Shown piece by piece: positions 44,981 to 54,147 of a stretch of DNA of 64,000 nt (positions within the stretch are counted from its first letter, which is position 1; each line of letters opens with the position of its first letter). The notes beneath the pieces were generated by a model. It saw nothing but the letters and a program-made list of their open reading frames with translations, was not told the DNA's origin and did no database searches. The translations under genes and the position numbers were made by a program. Source of the DNA: an uncultured Chloroflexia bacterium (GTDB lineage Bacteria; Chloroflexota; Limnocylindria; Limnocylindrales; CSP1-4); NCBI GenBank assembly GCA_963828165.1, contig CAWHDR010000001.1, forward strand, positions 1,728,001-1,792,000. Reading direction: 5' to 3'.

Positions 44981-47233
44981 CGGGGAGCGTTGGCACGTCG
45001 CCCTCCAGGGTCGGCGGCATCGGGCGCGTGACGGGTCAGCAGGCGTACGTCGCGGATCTCGACCTCGATGACGTCCTCCACGTGAAGCTCGTCACGGTCG
45101 ATGCGGCCCGCGCGCGGATCGGGGAGATCGACGCTCGCGCGGCCCTGGACGTACCCGGCGTCCGGCTGGTGATGACCGCCGCCGATCTGCCGCAACCGCA
45201 TGCCGCGCTTCGGGCCGCAACGTCGAGACCGTCCGGTCCTGGCCGTCGGCGAGACGAAGTACCACGGTGAGCCCGTGGCGGCGGTCGCGGCCGAGACGTC
45301 CGATGCGGCCGAGGAGGCAGCCCGACTCGTCCGCATCGCCTGCGAGGAGCTGCCCGCCAACTACACCCTCGCCGCGTCGCTGGCGGATGGGGCACCGCTC
45401 GTCCAGGACCCGTCCATCCGGCCGGACGATCCGCACGCCGGGACGAACGTCCTCAGCGAGCACCGCTACGGCTGGGGCGATCTCGACGCGGCGATGCGCG
45501 AGGCGGACGTCGTCACCGAGGGCACGTACACCTTCCCGATGGTGACGCAGTTCGCGATCGAGCCCCACGCGTTCATGGCCGCACCCGATGGCGACGGCAT
45601 CGCGATCTGGAGCGCGATCCAGCACCCGTACTGGCTGCAGCGTGTCATCGCAGACCTGGTCGACCTGCCACTCGCCAAGGTCCGGGTATTCGCGCCAGAC
45701 CCCGGCGGGGCGTTCGGTGGCAAGCAGCACGCGAAGTACGAGCCGCTGCTCGCGTTCATGGCGCTCAAGACGGGCCGCCCCGTTCGGCTCGTCCTGACCC
45801 TCGAGGAGACGTTCCAGGCCGTTCGTCGCGGGGCCGCGCAGGTGCGCGTTCGGTCCGGGTTCCGCCGCGACGGGACCCTCGTCTTCCGCGAGATCGACGC
45901 GGACTACCTGATCGGGGCGTATGCGGACATCGCCGACCGAACCGTCGCCAAGGGCAGCTACACGTCCGGCGGACCCTATCGATGCCCGGCCACAAGGATC
46001 GTCGCCCGGAGCGTGCTGTCGCACACCGTCCCGTCCACCGCGTTCCGGGGCTTCGGCAATCCCCAGCAGATCTGGGCCGTCGAATCGAGCATGGACGAGG
46101 CGGCCGTGCAGCTCGGGATCGACCCCCTGGCGCTCCGTCTCATGAATCTCGCCGGACCCGGCGAGGTCTTCCTCCCGGATGACCGGCCCGCCGACGGCGA
46201 CTGGGCCCAGACCGTGAACCGCGCCGCCGAGCTGATCGGCTGGGGGACACCGGTGCCGCCAGGTCGCGGGCGAGGGCTCGCGGTCGGTCTCAAATCCGGT
46301 CCGACGACCGGTCTGTCGTACTCCACGGTCCGACTGCTCGCCGACGGCAGCGTCGTCGTCAACGCGGGCACGTCGGACATGGGCCAGGGCGCTCGGACGA
46401 TCTTTGCCCAGATCGCGGCGGGGGAGCTCGGCGCGCCATTGGAGTGGGTCCGAGTCGTCATGGGCGACACCGCCGTCGTCCCGTACGACCAGCAGACGTC
46501 GGCGAGCCGTTCGTCCGTGCTGATGGGCAACTCGGTCCTTCTCGCCTGCCAGGACGTCCAGACCAAGATCCGGGCGATGGCGGCACGGCTCGAGTCCGTC
46601 GAGGCGGACGCCGTCGAGGTGTCGCGCGGCGAGGTCCGGATCGGCGACCGGGTCTCGCCGATCCGCGACATTCTGGTCCGAGGTCTGGGTCGACTCGGCG
46701 GGGAGCTCATCGGGATCGGCGAGGCGCGCAAGGAGGCCGAGCCGGAGCATCCCCTCGGGGGGACTGCCGCGTTCTACGAATTCAATTGCACGGCGGTCGA
46801 GGTCGAGGTCGACCGGGACACCGGCGATGTCGTCGTCGCCCGCTACGTCACCGTTTCGGACGTCGGCAAGGCGCTGAACCCAACGCAGGTCCGCGGCCAG
46901 GACGAGGGCGCGGCGATCATGGGCCTCGGTCATACGTTGATGGAGCAGTACATCTACGACGACACAGGGCGGCTTCGGAACCTCGGTGCCATCGATTACC
47001 GGATCCCGACGAGCATGGACCTGCCCCTCCAGATGGAGAGCGACATCGTCGAGAACGAGGACGGTCCAGGGCCGTATGGCGCCAAGGGCATGAGTGAGGG
47101 CGCGCTGCTCCCGGTCGCTCCGGCCGTGGCAGCCGCGGTCCGTGACGCGACCGGCGTCGTCATCCGCGACCTGCCACTCACGCCGGAGCGCGTCTGGCGC
47201 GCGCTTCAGGACGCGGACGTGGAAGCCTCGTGA
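44977..47233 (+). CDS. Xanthine dehydrogenase-family molybdopterin subunit; +1 frameshift near 45199
   Basis: VTG...YVAD N-terminus in ORF 44977 continues into ORF 45200 if one C is removed; GGAFGGK, AFRGFG.PQ, GQDEG, GAKGMSE. Confidence 0.88.
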
Positions 47234-49383
47234 CCTACGCCTTTCCCCTCGACGGGTCGCATCCCGGCACGCTCGACGACGCGAAGGCACTCGTCGGTGG
47301 CAAGGCCGCGAACCTCGGCGTCATGGCGCGTGACCTCGGCCTCCCGGTGCCGCCGGGCTTCGCGATCACCACGGCGGCCTGCCGCGAGTTCCTGGCCACC
47401 GGCTGGCCAGCCGGCCTCGACGATGAGATCCGCGCCCGGATGGCCGACGTCGAGACCGCGGTCGGGCGGCGCTTCGGCGACCCGTCGGACCCGCTCTTGG
47501 TCAGCGTCCGGTCGGGAGCCCCTGTTTCGATGCCCGGGATGATGGACACGGTCTTGAACCTCGGGCTGAACGACGCGACGACCGAGGGCCTGGCTCGGGC
47601 CGTGGACGACGCCTTCGCCCGGAGCTGTCGGGAGCGCTTCGTCGCGAGCTTCCGTTCGATCGTCGGCGTGGCCCACGTCCCCGAGGATCCCTGGCTCCAG
47701 TTGCGCTCGGCGATCGAAGCCGTCTTCCGTTCCTGGAACAGCGATCGTGCCAGGACGTACCGCCGCAAGGAGGGCATCCCCGACGACCTCGGGACGGCCG
47801 TCACGGTCCAGGCGATGGTCTTCGGCAATCGGGGTCCGGATTCGGCCACCGGTGTGCTGTTCACTCGCAACCCGGCGACCGGGGAGTCCGCGCCATACGG
47901 CGACGTGATGTTCGACGCCCAGGGTGACGACGTCGTGGCCGGAACGCATCAGACCGAGCCGATCGCCGTTCTCGACGAGCGCATGCCGTCAGTCGCCGCC
48001 GAACTACGCGATCACGCGGCGCGGCTGGAGCGGCACTACGCCGATCTGTGCGACATCGAATTCACGATCGAGGACGGACGGCTGTGGATGCTCCAGGTCC
48101 GGGTCGGCAAGCGCAGTCCGCAGGCGGCGCTGCGGATGGCCGTCGACATGGCCGAGGACGAGTCGTTTCCGCTCTCGCGAGCTGAGGCGGTCGACCGGGT
48201 CGCGTCACTGCTCGCCGATCCGCCCGAGGTCGCGACGGGTCGCAGCGGCGTGGCCGCGCCCTTGACCGTGGGGCTGCCGGCCTCGCCAGGAGTGGCGAGT
48301 GGCCCGATCGTCACGAACCCCGAAGCGGCCGTGGCCGCCGCAAGCGAAGGACGCGCCGCGATCCTCGTCCGTGCCGAGACGTCCCCCGACGACGTGCACG
48401 GCATGGCCAAGGCGGCGGGGATCCTGACATCGCGGGGCGGCCTCGCGAGCCACGCTGCGGTCGTCGCGCGCGGGTGGGGCATCCCGGCGGTGGTCGGTGC
48501 TTCTGGGATCGAGGTCCGCGATGGCGCAATGGTCGTGGGCGACCGGACCCTCAAGGCCGGCGAGGTCGTCACGATCGACGGCGGCACCGGTGAGGTCTTC
48601 GAAGGCTCGGTCGCCGGCGCGACGGAGCCGATGCCGGAGGCGCGGACGCTGCTGGCCTGGGCGGAGGAGCACGGGATCTTCGTCGACGACGCCACGGCCG
48701 TCATCGCGGAGCCCACCGAAGCGGCCGCGAGCGAGCCCTCAGGGGCTTCCGCGGCGGCACACGACGTCTCGGCGGACGACTGCGTCCGGGCCCTCGCGAT
48801 CAAGGGCCTCGCCCAGGTCGAGGCGGTCGCCGACGTCGTCTTCTCCACGGCTGACGACGCCCGCCCGATCCTGGACCAGCTCGTCGCCGACGGGCTGGTC
48901 GCCTCGGTCGCCGGCGCCTACAAGCTGACCGAGTCCGGTACGAGCCGGGCGGCCGACGTGCTCACCGCAGAACGAGAGGCGTGGGGCACGGAACCCGCCG
49001 CTGCCGCGCTCGATGCGTTCCTGGGCCTCGACCACCGGGTGAAGGTCATCGTTACGGCCTGGCAGCTCCGCGGCGACCCGGACAGCGGCGTCGTGAACGA
49101 CCATTCGGACACGGACTACGACCGCGATGTGCTCGAGCGCCTCGCCGCCCTCCACGCGGATGCGATGTCCTGGCTGACGCCCCAGGCCGAGGGCCTCAGC
49201 CGACTGGCCGACTATGGCGTCCGGCTCGGTCGCGCGGTCGAGGCCGCCGCGGGCGGGGATAACCGGTACGTGGCCTCACCGCGCGTCGACAGCTACCACG
49301 GCATCTGGTTCGAGCTCCATGAGGACCTCATCCGCCTCGCCGGTCGTACGCGCGAAGAGGAGTCGGCCGCCGGCCGCGCGTAG
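47230..49383 (+). CDS. PPDK N-terminal ATP-grasp plus phospho-His domain fused to a C-terminal wHTH/helical domain (no pyruvate-binding barrel)
   Basis: GGKAANL, SVRSGA.SMPGMMDT, GGLASHAAVVAR; last ~200 aa end in SYHGIWFELHEDL, unlike the PPDK TIM barrel. Confidence 0.85.
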   Translation: MTYAFPLDGSHPGTLDDAKALVGGKAANLGVMARDLGLPVPPGFAITTAACREFLATGWPAGLDDEIRARMADVETAVGRRFGDPSDPLLVSVRSGAPVSMPGMMDTVLNLGLNDATTEGLARAVDDAFARSCRERFVASFRSIVGVAHVPEDPWLQLRSAIEAVFRSWNSDRARTYRRKEGIPDDLGTAVTVQAMVFGNRGPDSATGVLFTRNPATGESAPYGDVMFDAQGDDVVAGTHQTEPIAVLDERMPSVAAELRDHAARLERHYADLCDIEFTIEDGRLWMLQVRVGKRSPQAALRMAVDMAEDESFPLSRAEAVDRVASLLADPPEVATGRSGVAAPLTVGLPASPGVASGPIVTNPEAAVAAASEGRAAILVRAETSPDDVHGMAKAAGILTSRGGLASHAAVVARGWGIPAVVGASGIEVRDGAMVVGDRTLKAGEVVTIDGGTGEVFEGSVAGATEPMPEARTLLAWAEEHGIFVDDATAVIAEPTEAAASEPSGASAAAHDVSADDCVRALAIKGLAQVEAVADVVFSTADDARPILDQLVADGLVASVAGAYKLTESGTSRAADVLTAEREAWGTEPAAAALDAFLGLDHRVKVIVTAWQLRGDPDSGVVNDHSDTDYDRDVLERLAALHADAMSWLTPQAEGLSRLADYGVRLGRAVEAAAGGDNRYVASPRVDSYHGIWFELHEDLIRLAGRTREEESAAGRA

Positions 49384-49403
49384 TTAACCCAGCCTTGGGA
49401 CAT

Positions 49404-49453
49404 GACACTTTGCGACGCTTGCGTCGCCGGGACGTGCCCACCACGACGATGAT
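49404..49453 (+). repeat. Cassette-boundary repeat R1 (partial)
   Basis: GACACTTTGCGACGCTTGCGT is 19/21 identical to 50755-50775; GACGATGAT (49445-53) resembles the right arm. Confidence 0.7.
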
Positions 49454-49507
49454 CCGGATCACGCTTGACTCACGACCGGCGAGGGGCACGCTGCTAGGCT
49501 CATCGCG

Positions 49508-50032
49508 ATGGCGAACGTGAAGAATCCTCGCTTGACTGCGTCTGACGGGTGGCTGCTCGCGGCGCTCACTGAGAGCTCCCGCGACGGACGACCGGTGACG
49601 TTGCGCTGGTTCATCCACGATGCCGACTGGCTGAACCGGGCGATCCCGACGTTCGACGAGATCAGCTACGGCATGCCGCGGCTCGTGGCCGCCGGGTACG
49701 TGACTGTCGACGGGCTATCCTTTCGAGCCACGCCCAAGGCCACGAAACTGCGGGAGCTCGTGGACGCGGGGACGGTAACACTCGGCGGCGTTATCGTCGG
49801 GATGGAGCGAGCCGTCGAGGCCCTTGGCGATGCCTCTCAGGAGCCCGAGGATCGCTCGCTTGGCAGGTTGCCGGGCTTTTCGCCTGGCGACCTCGCAGCG
49901 GCCGTGCACGAGCACGGAGCCTGGGTGGAGCGGTGGTCGCGCGTCGTCGTCCTGCCGGCTGTCGCCGCGATGAGGCTCGGCACCGCGATCGGTTCGGTGC
50001 TCGTTCGCATCCGCGACCGCCGGGCCCGATAG
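49508..50032 (+). CDS. Hypothetical protein (ORFan-like, possible wHTH)
   Basis: 174-aa ORF with TAGGCT 7 nt upstream; DADWLNRAIPT.DEI...RLVAAGYV. Confidence 0.7.
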   Translation: MANVKNPRLTASDGWLLAALTESSRDGRPVTLRWFIHDADWLNRAIPTFDEISYGMPRLVAAGYVTVDGLSFRATPKATKLRELVDAGTVTLGGVIVGMERAVEALGDASQEPEDRSLGRLPGFSPGDLAAAVHEHGAWVERWSRVVVLPAVAAMRLGTAIGSVLVRIRDRRAR

Positions 50033-50062
50033 AACATTCCGGACGCTGAGCGACCTCTCTAT

Positions 50063-50147
50063 TGTCATTGACGCACGCTTTGCGAGCCGACCGACTTCGC
50101 CCTCGAACCGAGGTTCCCCTATGCGGATACATTGCCGGTCGATGACA
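50063..50147 (+). repeat. Cassette-boundary hairpin R2
   Basis: TGTCATTGAC ... GTCGATGACA terminal stem, 85 nt. Confidence 0.7.
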
Positions 50148-50186
50148 TCTCCCATGCCTCGTTCGTCTCGATGCACGACCCGCAAC

Positions 50187-50725
50187 GTGGCTAGCCGTAC
50201 GACGAAGGCTCATCGCGGATCGATCGGTTTCCGCATCTTCTGTGGTCTCATCGGGGTATCTGTCGCCTGCATCGCGTTCGGTAGCGTCGTCGCGATCGCG
50301 TCCGGCGGGTATCGACCCGAGGTCTATGCCGGCGGGTTCGATCCGATCCGTGCCAGCATGGTGCTGGCGTTCGTGCTGTTGACCGTCGGCTTTGGCCTTC
50401 CGTTGGGCGCAGCGCCCCTCCAGTGGCTTCGCGAGGGTGAGCGGCCCAGTCTGGCAGCCATGGCCTTCTGGGCTGGGCTCACGATCGCTGGCGTCTCGAT
50501 CGTCTCGGTGCTCACATCACCGATACGGCCAAATGGGACGCTGGCGGCACCCGAGTGGTCCCGAGCCGGGTCCTTCTCGGCCTGGGTCTGCTGGTCGCGG
50601 GGATGCTCACAGCCGCGGCCAGCAGCGTCATCGAGTCGATGCGGCGGCGGGACTGGTTCCATGTGACTTTGGCGCTCGTCGCGGCCGGGTTGATCGGACT
50701 GTTTGTCTGGTATCGGCTGACCTAG
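50187..50725 (+). pseudogene. Hypothetical multi-TM membrane protein with a -1 frameshift near 50510
   Basis: Three TMs in the frame of ORF 50121; two more TMs (RVLLGLGLLVAGML.., WFHVTLALVAAGLIGLFVWYRLT*) continue in the -1 frame to TAG 50725. Confidence 0.55.
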
Positions 50726-50743
50726 CATCGTCGTCCGCTCCGG

Positions 50744-50814
50744 TGTCATTGGCGGACACAGTGCGACGCTTGCGTGCTCTACGCCCGAAGGTGATGACGA
50801 GGTGAGCCGATGAC
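50744..50814 (+). repeat. Cassette-boundary hairpin R3
   Basis: TGTCATTGGC ... GCCGATGAC terminal stem, covarying with R2; internal 21-mer shared with R1. Confidence 0.7.
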
Positions 50815-51039
50815 TCTGGTTGCGATCGAACCAGCGGGCGAGCTCCCGAACCTCCGCAGGGCGCGTGGCTCAGGTGGTCTCGATCCGTCCTCCGAGCGGT
50901 TCGATGGCCCGATCCAGGTCCGCGCGGGACTCGATCACTGCGAGGTCATCCCGAAAGGGCGGCTGCGGAACGGACCAGAGTGATCCCATAGTGGCCCACT
51001 GGAGCCGCGCTCGAGGCGCCTCGTTCTAGCATGGTGGCC

Positions 51040-51357
51040 ATGACGTCCTCGCCCGCCCGACCCGCCATCACGAATGCCGTCGCGCGCGAGCGTTACGAGG
51101 CGCATCTCGACGGTGAGCTCGCGGGCGTCCTCGAATACAAGGTCAAGCGCGGGCGGATCGCGCTCATCCATACGGAGGTGCTGCCCGTTCATGAGGGCCG
51201 CGGTGTGGGGTCTGCGCTCGTCCGCTTTGCGCTCGATGACGCTCGTCGGCGCAACCTGCGGGTCTTCGCGACCTGTCCGTACGTCAAGGCCTATCTGACG
51301 CGACACCCGGAGGTCGCCGACATCGTCGTCGGGAGCGGTCGCGCGAGCAACGAGTGA
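51040..51357 (+). CDS. Small GNAT acetyltransferase (YjdJ-like)
   Basis: RYE, HTEV...EGRGVG, CPYV; TAGCAT 7 nt upstream of ATG 51040. Confidence 0.88.
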   Translation: MTSSPARPAITNAVARERYEAHLDGELAGVLEYKVKRGRIALIHTEVLPVHEGRGVGSALVRFALDDARRRNLRVFATCPYVKAYLTRHPEVADIVVGSGRASNE

Positions 51358-51375
51358 CGCCGTTGCGCCGGAGGC

Positions 51376-52269
51376 TCAGCGGCCCTTCGAGTACCCCGTG
51401 GCGGTCAGCTTGTCCCAGAGCGAACCGGCGTTGTTGTTCTGGATGTGATCCATCATGTAGCCCTGCCCGACATCGACCGGGCCGAAGGCATCGTCGAACC
51501 GGACCCGCTCGACGGTTTCCTCCCGTGTCCAGCCCTTGGCGACAGCGTCGGCGACGGCGGCCTTCCAGACAAGCAGCACGGCCCGCTGGGTGTCCACGTA
51601 GCTGAGTGGCTGCACCGGTCCGTGCCCAGGCACGACGTGGTCGACGTCCAGCTGGCGGATGCGCTCCAGCGCCTCGATCCACTGGTCCACGTCCGACGTC
51701 ATCAACCATGTCTGACACTCGCTGAAGATCGTGTCGCCGGTGAACACGACGCGCTCCTCCGGCACATGGACGGCCAGCTGGCCCGGCGTGTGGCCGGGGG
51801 TATGGAGCAGGTGGAACGTGTGGTCGCCGACACGAAGCGTCAGGTCGCCGGTGAAGACGACGGTGCCCTTGTTCGGATCCTCGTAATAGACGTCACGGTC
51901 GGGAATCAGCGGCGCGGCCTCGGGATCATCGGTCGGGATGGCCTCGAGCGCGTAGGCGAACGGGTCCAGCGCGGCACTCGGGTCCATGAAGTTGTCGTAC
52001 AGGCCTTGGTGGTTGACCACCGGCACGCCCTTGAACCAGTAGTTCCCGAAGATGTGGTCGACGTGATGTTCCGTGTTGATGAGGTAACGGATCGGCCCGT
52101 GCGTCTCCGCTTCCGCGCGCATCGCGATCGCTCGCGTCGGCAGCTGGGGCGTGTCGATGTGGACGACCCCATCGGCCGTCGTCACGAAGCTCGGATTGCA
52201 GCCGCGCAGCTTGGTCGTCGTGTAGACATTGGGCGTGACGCGCTCGAGCTCGATGGCGGCGGTCGCCAT
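51376..52269 (-). CDS. Metallo-beta-lactamase-fold hydrolase (cyclase-like)
   Basis: TEHHVDHIFGN, TPGHT, FTGD, VPGHG. Confidence 0.88.
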   Translation of the reverse strand: MATAAIELERVTPNVYTTTKLRGCNPSFVTTADGVVHIDTPQLPTRAIAMRAEAETHGPIRYLINTEHHVDHIFGNYWFKGVPVVNHQGLYDNFMDPSAALDPFAYALEAIPTDDPEAAPLIPDRDVYYEDPNKGTVVFTGDLTLRVGDHTFHLLHTPGHTPGQLAVHVPEERVVFTGDTIFSECQTWLMTSDVDQWIEALERIRQLDVDHVVPGHGPVQPLSYVDTQRAVLLVWKAAVADAVAKGWTREETVERVRFDDAFGPVDVGQGYMMDHIQNNNAGSLWDKLTATGYSKGR

Positions 52270-52271
52270 CG

Positions 52272-53057
52272 CTACTGGGTCGCCGTCAGGCCGCCGTCGA
52301 TCCCCAGGATCTGGCCGGTCACGAACGAGGCGGCGTCGGAGCACAGGAAGATCGCCGGGCCGACGATGTCGCGCGTCTCACCGACCCGCCCGAGCGGGAT
52401 CCGGTTGACGATGCCCGCCTTGAACTCCGGGTCGGCCAGCAGCGACGCGACCTGCGGTGTATCCACGAAGGTCGGCATGATCGCGTTGACGCGGATGCCG
52501 TGCGGCGCCCACTCCGTCGCCCACTGGCGGGTGAGCGAATTGATCGCGCCCTTGGCCGCCACGTAGGCCGAATAGCCGGCCTTGATCCCGAGGTTGCCGC
52601 GGACCGACGAGATGTTCAGGATCCGGCCGCCGCTGCCCTGGGCGATCATCTGGCGCGCCGCGGCCTGGGTCGGGACGACCGTGCTGCGCACGTTCAGGTC
52701 CATGATCCAGTCCCAGTCCGAGCGGGGATAGGTCTCGGCGTCGTGCAGGACCTTGCCGGCGCCGCCGCCGACGGCATTGATCAGGATGTCGAGCCGGCCG
52801 AATCGCTCGACCGACTCGCGGACCAGCCGATCGGCGTCCGCCTCGTCCGTCGCGTCCGCCACGACCGCCAGACCTTCGCCGCCGGCGGCCTCGACCTGCG
52901 AAACAGTGGTGTCGAGCGACTCCCGCGTCCGCCCCCCGACGACGACGTTCGCTCCGGCCCCGGCGAGGGCCACCGCCAGCGCCGATCCGATGCCACCGCC
53001 ACCACCCGGGACCAGGGCGACGAGGCCGTCCAGGCTGAAGTCGTCGAGTCCGGCCAT
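52272..53057 (-). CDS. SDR oxidoreductase
   Basis: PGGGGGIG, NISS, YVAAK, GIRVNAI. Confidence 0.9.
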   Translation of the reverse strand: MAGLDDFSLDGLVALVPGGGGGIGSALAVALAGAGANVVVGGRTRESLDTTVSQVEAAGGEGLAVVADATDEADADRLVRESVERFGRLDILINAVGGGAGKVLHDAETYPRSDWDWIMDLNVRSTVVPTQAAARQMIAQGSGGRILNISSVRGNLGIKAGYSAYVAAKGAINSLTRQWATEWAPHGIRVNAIMPTFVDTPQVASLLADPEFKAGIVNRIPLGRVGETRDIVGPAIFLCSDAASFVTGQILGIDGGLTATQ

Positions 53058-53153
53058 CGTGCTCCCTTCAGGTTTTGGTCGATTATCGCGTAGCGCCACT
53101 GCGGAGCGCCGCGAACGAGCGGGTCGGTCTGACGCCGACGTGGCCTTCCGGCG

Positions 53154-53173
53154 TACGATAGTAAACGGTTACT
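53154..53173 (+). promoter_or_regulatory. -10 box followed by a LacI-type operator
   Basis: TACGAT (53154-59), then near-palindrome AGTAAACGGTTACT (53160-73) with the central CG typical of LacI sites, in the divergent promoter region of an operon encoding LacI. Confidence 0.65.
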
Positions 53174-53205
53174 GGTCCCGCCCCCACGACCCCACGGAGC
53201 GCGCC

Positions 53206-54147
53206 ATGACGCTGAACCTCGACGGCCTGATCCCCGCCACCGTGCTGCCCATGGACGCCGACGGTGGCATCGATGAGCCGGCCCTGCGGTCGTACATCGG
53301 CTGGGTCGTGGCCCAGGGCCCCGTCGCCCTCGCGATCAACGTGGACACCGGCGAGGGGCCGCACCTGACCCACGACGAGAAGGTGCGCATCCTCGAGATC
53401 GTCCGCGACGTGACCGACATCCCGATCGTGGCAGGTCTGGCGGGACCGTCCACCGACGCGGCCGTGCGCCAGGCTCGCGACTTCCGAGTCGCGGGCGCGG
53501 ATGCCCTGCTCGTATTCCCGATCCCGGCCTACCTGAGCCAGCCGCTCGACCCCCGCGTTCCGGTCGCCTATCACGAGGCCATCGCCGACGTCGGCCTGCC
53601 GCTCATCCTCTTCCAGCTGCAACCGGCCCTGGCCGGGGTGAATTTCGAGACCGACACGCTCCAGGCCATGGCGTCGGTGGAGGGTGTCGTCGCGATCAAG
53701 GAAGCGTCCTTCGACGCCCGGCGCTTCGTCGATACCGCCCGGTTGTTGGAACAGCTCCCGCGCAAGATCACCCTGCTGACCGGCAACGACAACTTCATCC
53801 TGGAGTCGTTCCTGCTCGGCGCGACGGGCGCGCTCATCGGCTTCGGCGCGGTGATGACGCGCGAGCAGGTGGAGATGATCGCCGCCTGGCAGGCCGGTGA
53901 CACCGAGACTGCGATGGCGCTCGGGCGCCGGGTCCAGCGCCTTGCCGACGTGGTGTTCGCCGCGCCGGTCGGCGACTACCGGGTCCGGCTCAAGGAATGC
54001 CTGCGCATCCTCGGCGTGCTGGACTCCGCGCACGTGCGCCGCCCGCTGCTGCCGATCAGCGACGACGAGCGCGCGTTCCTTGCGAACGTCCTGGCCGAGG
54101 TCGGCCTGCAGGAGGACGCCCCGGCGGCACCGGTCCTGGCCCGATGA
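53206..54147 (+). CDS. DHDPS/NAL-family lyase or dehydratase
   Basis: TGEG, Schiff-base AIKEAS, TGND; catalytic Tyr position reads ILFQ. Confidence 0.85.
   Translation: MTLNLDGLIPATVLPMDADGGIDEPALRSYIGWVVAQGPVALAINVDTGEGPHLTHDEKVRILEIVRDVTDIPIVAGLAGPSTDAAVRQARDFRVAGADALLVFPIPAYLSQPLDPRVPVAYHEAIADVGLPLILFQLQPALAGVNFETDTLQAMASVEGVVAIKEASFDARRFVDTARLLEQLPRKITLLTGNDNFILESFLLGATGALIGFGAVMTREQVEMIAAWQAGDTETAMALGRRVQRLADVVFAAPVGDYRVRLKECLRILGVLDSAHVRRPLLPISDDERAFLANVLAEVGLQEDAPAAPVLAR

Noticed and set aside
43542-47233. 4-hydroxybenzoyl-CoA reductase or aerobic CO dehydrogenase
   Set aside because: The FAD subunit lacks the Cys-rich [4Fe-4S] insertion of HcrB, and the Mo subunit has AFRGFG rather than the AYxCSFR CODH motif
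47230-49383. Functional pyruvate phosphate dikinase (ppdK)
   Set aside because: No C-terminal PEP/pyruvate-binding barrel
49396-50815. Canonical integron attC sites or a CRISPR array
   Set aside because: No RYYYAAC/GTTRRRY cores, no intI or cas gene; the repeats are degenerate and separated by whole genes
50870-50989. 39-aa minus-strand ORF (ESRADLDRAI, sigma-factor-like fragment)
   Set aside because: Too short and the similarity too weak to support a call
53206-54147. dapA (lysine biosynthesis)
   Set aside because: Lacks the GTTGE motif and catalytic Tyr; catabolic context
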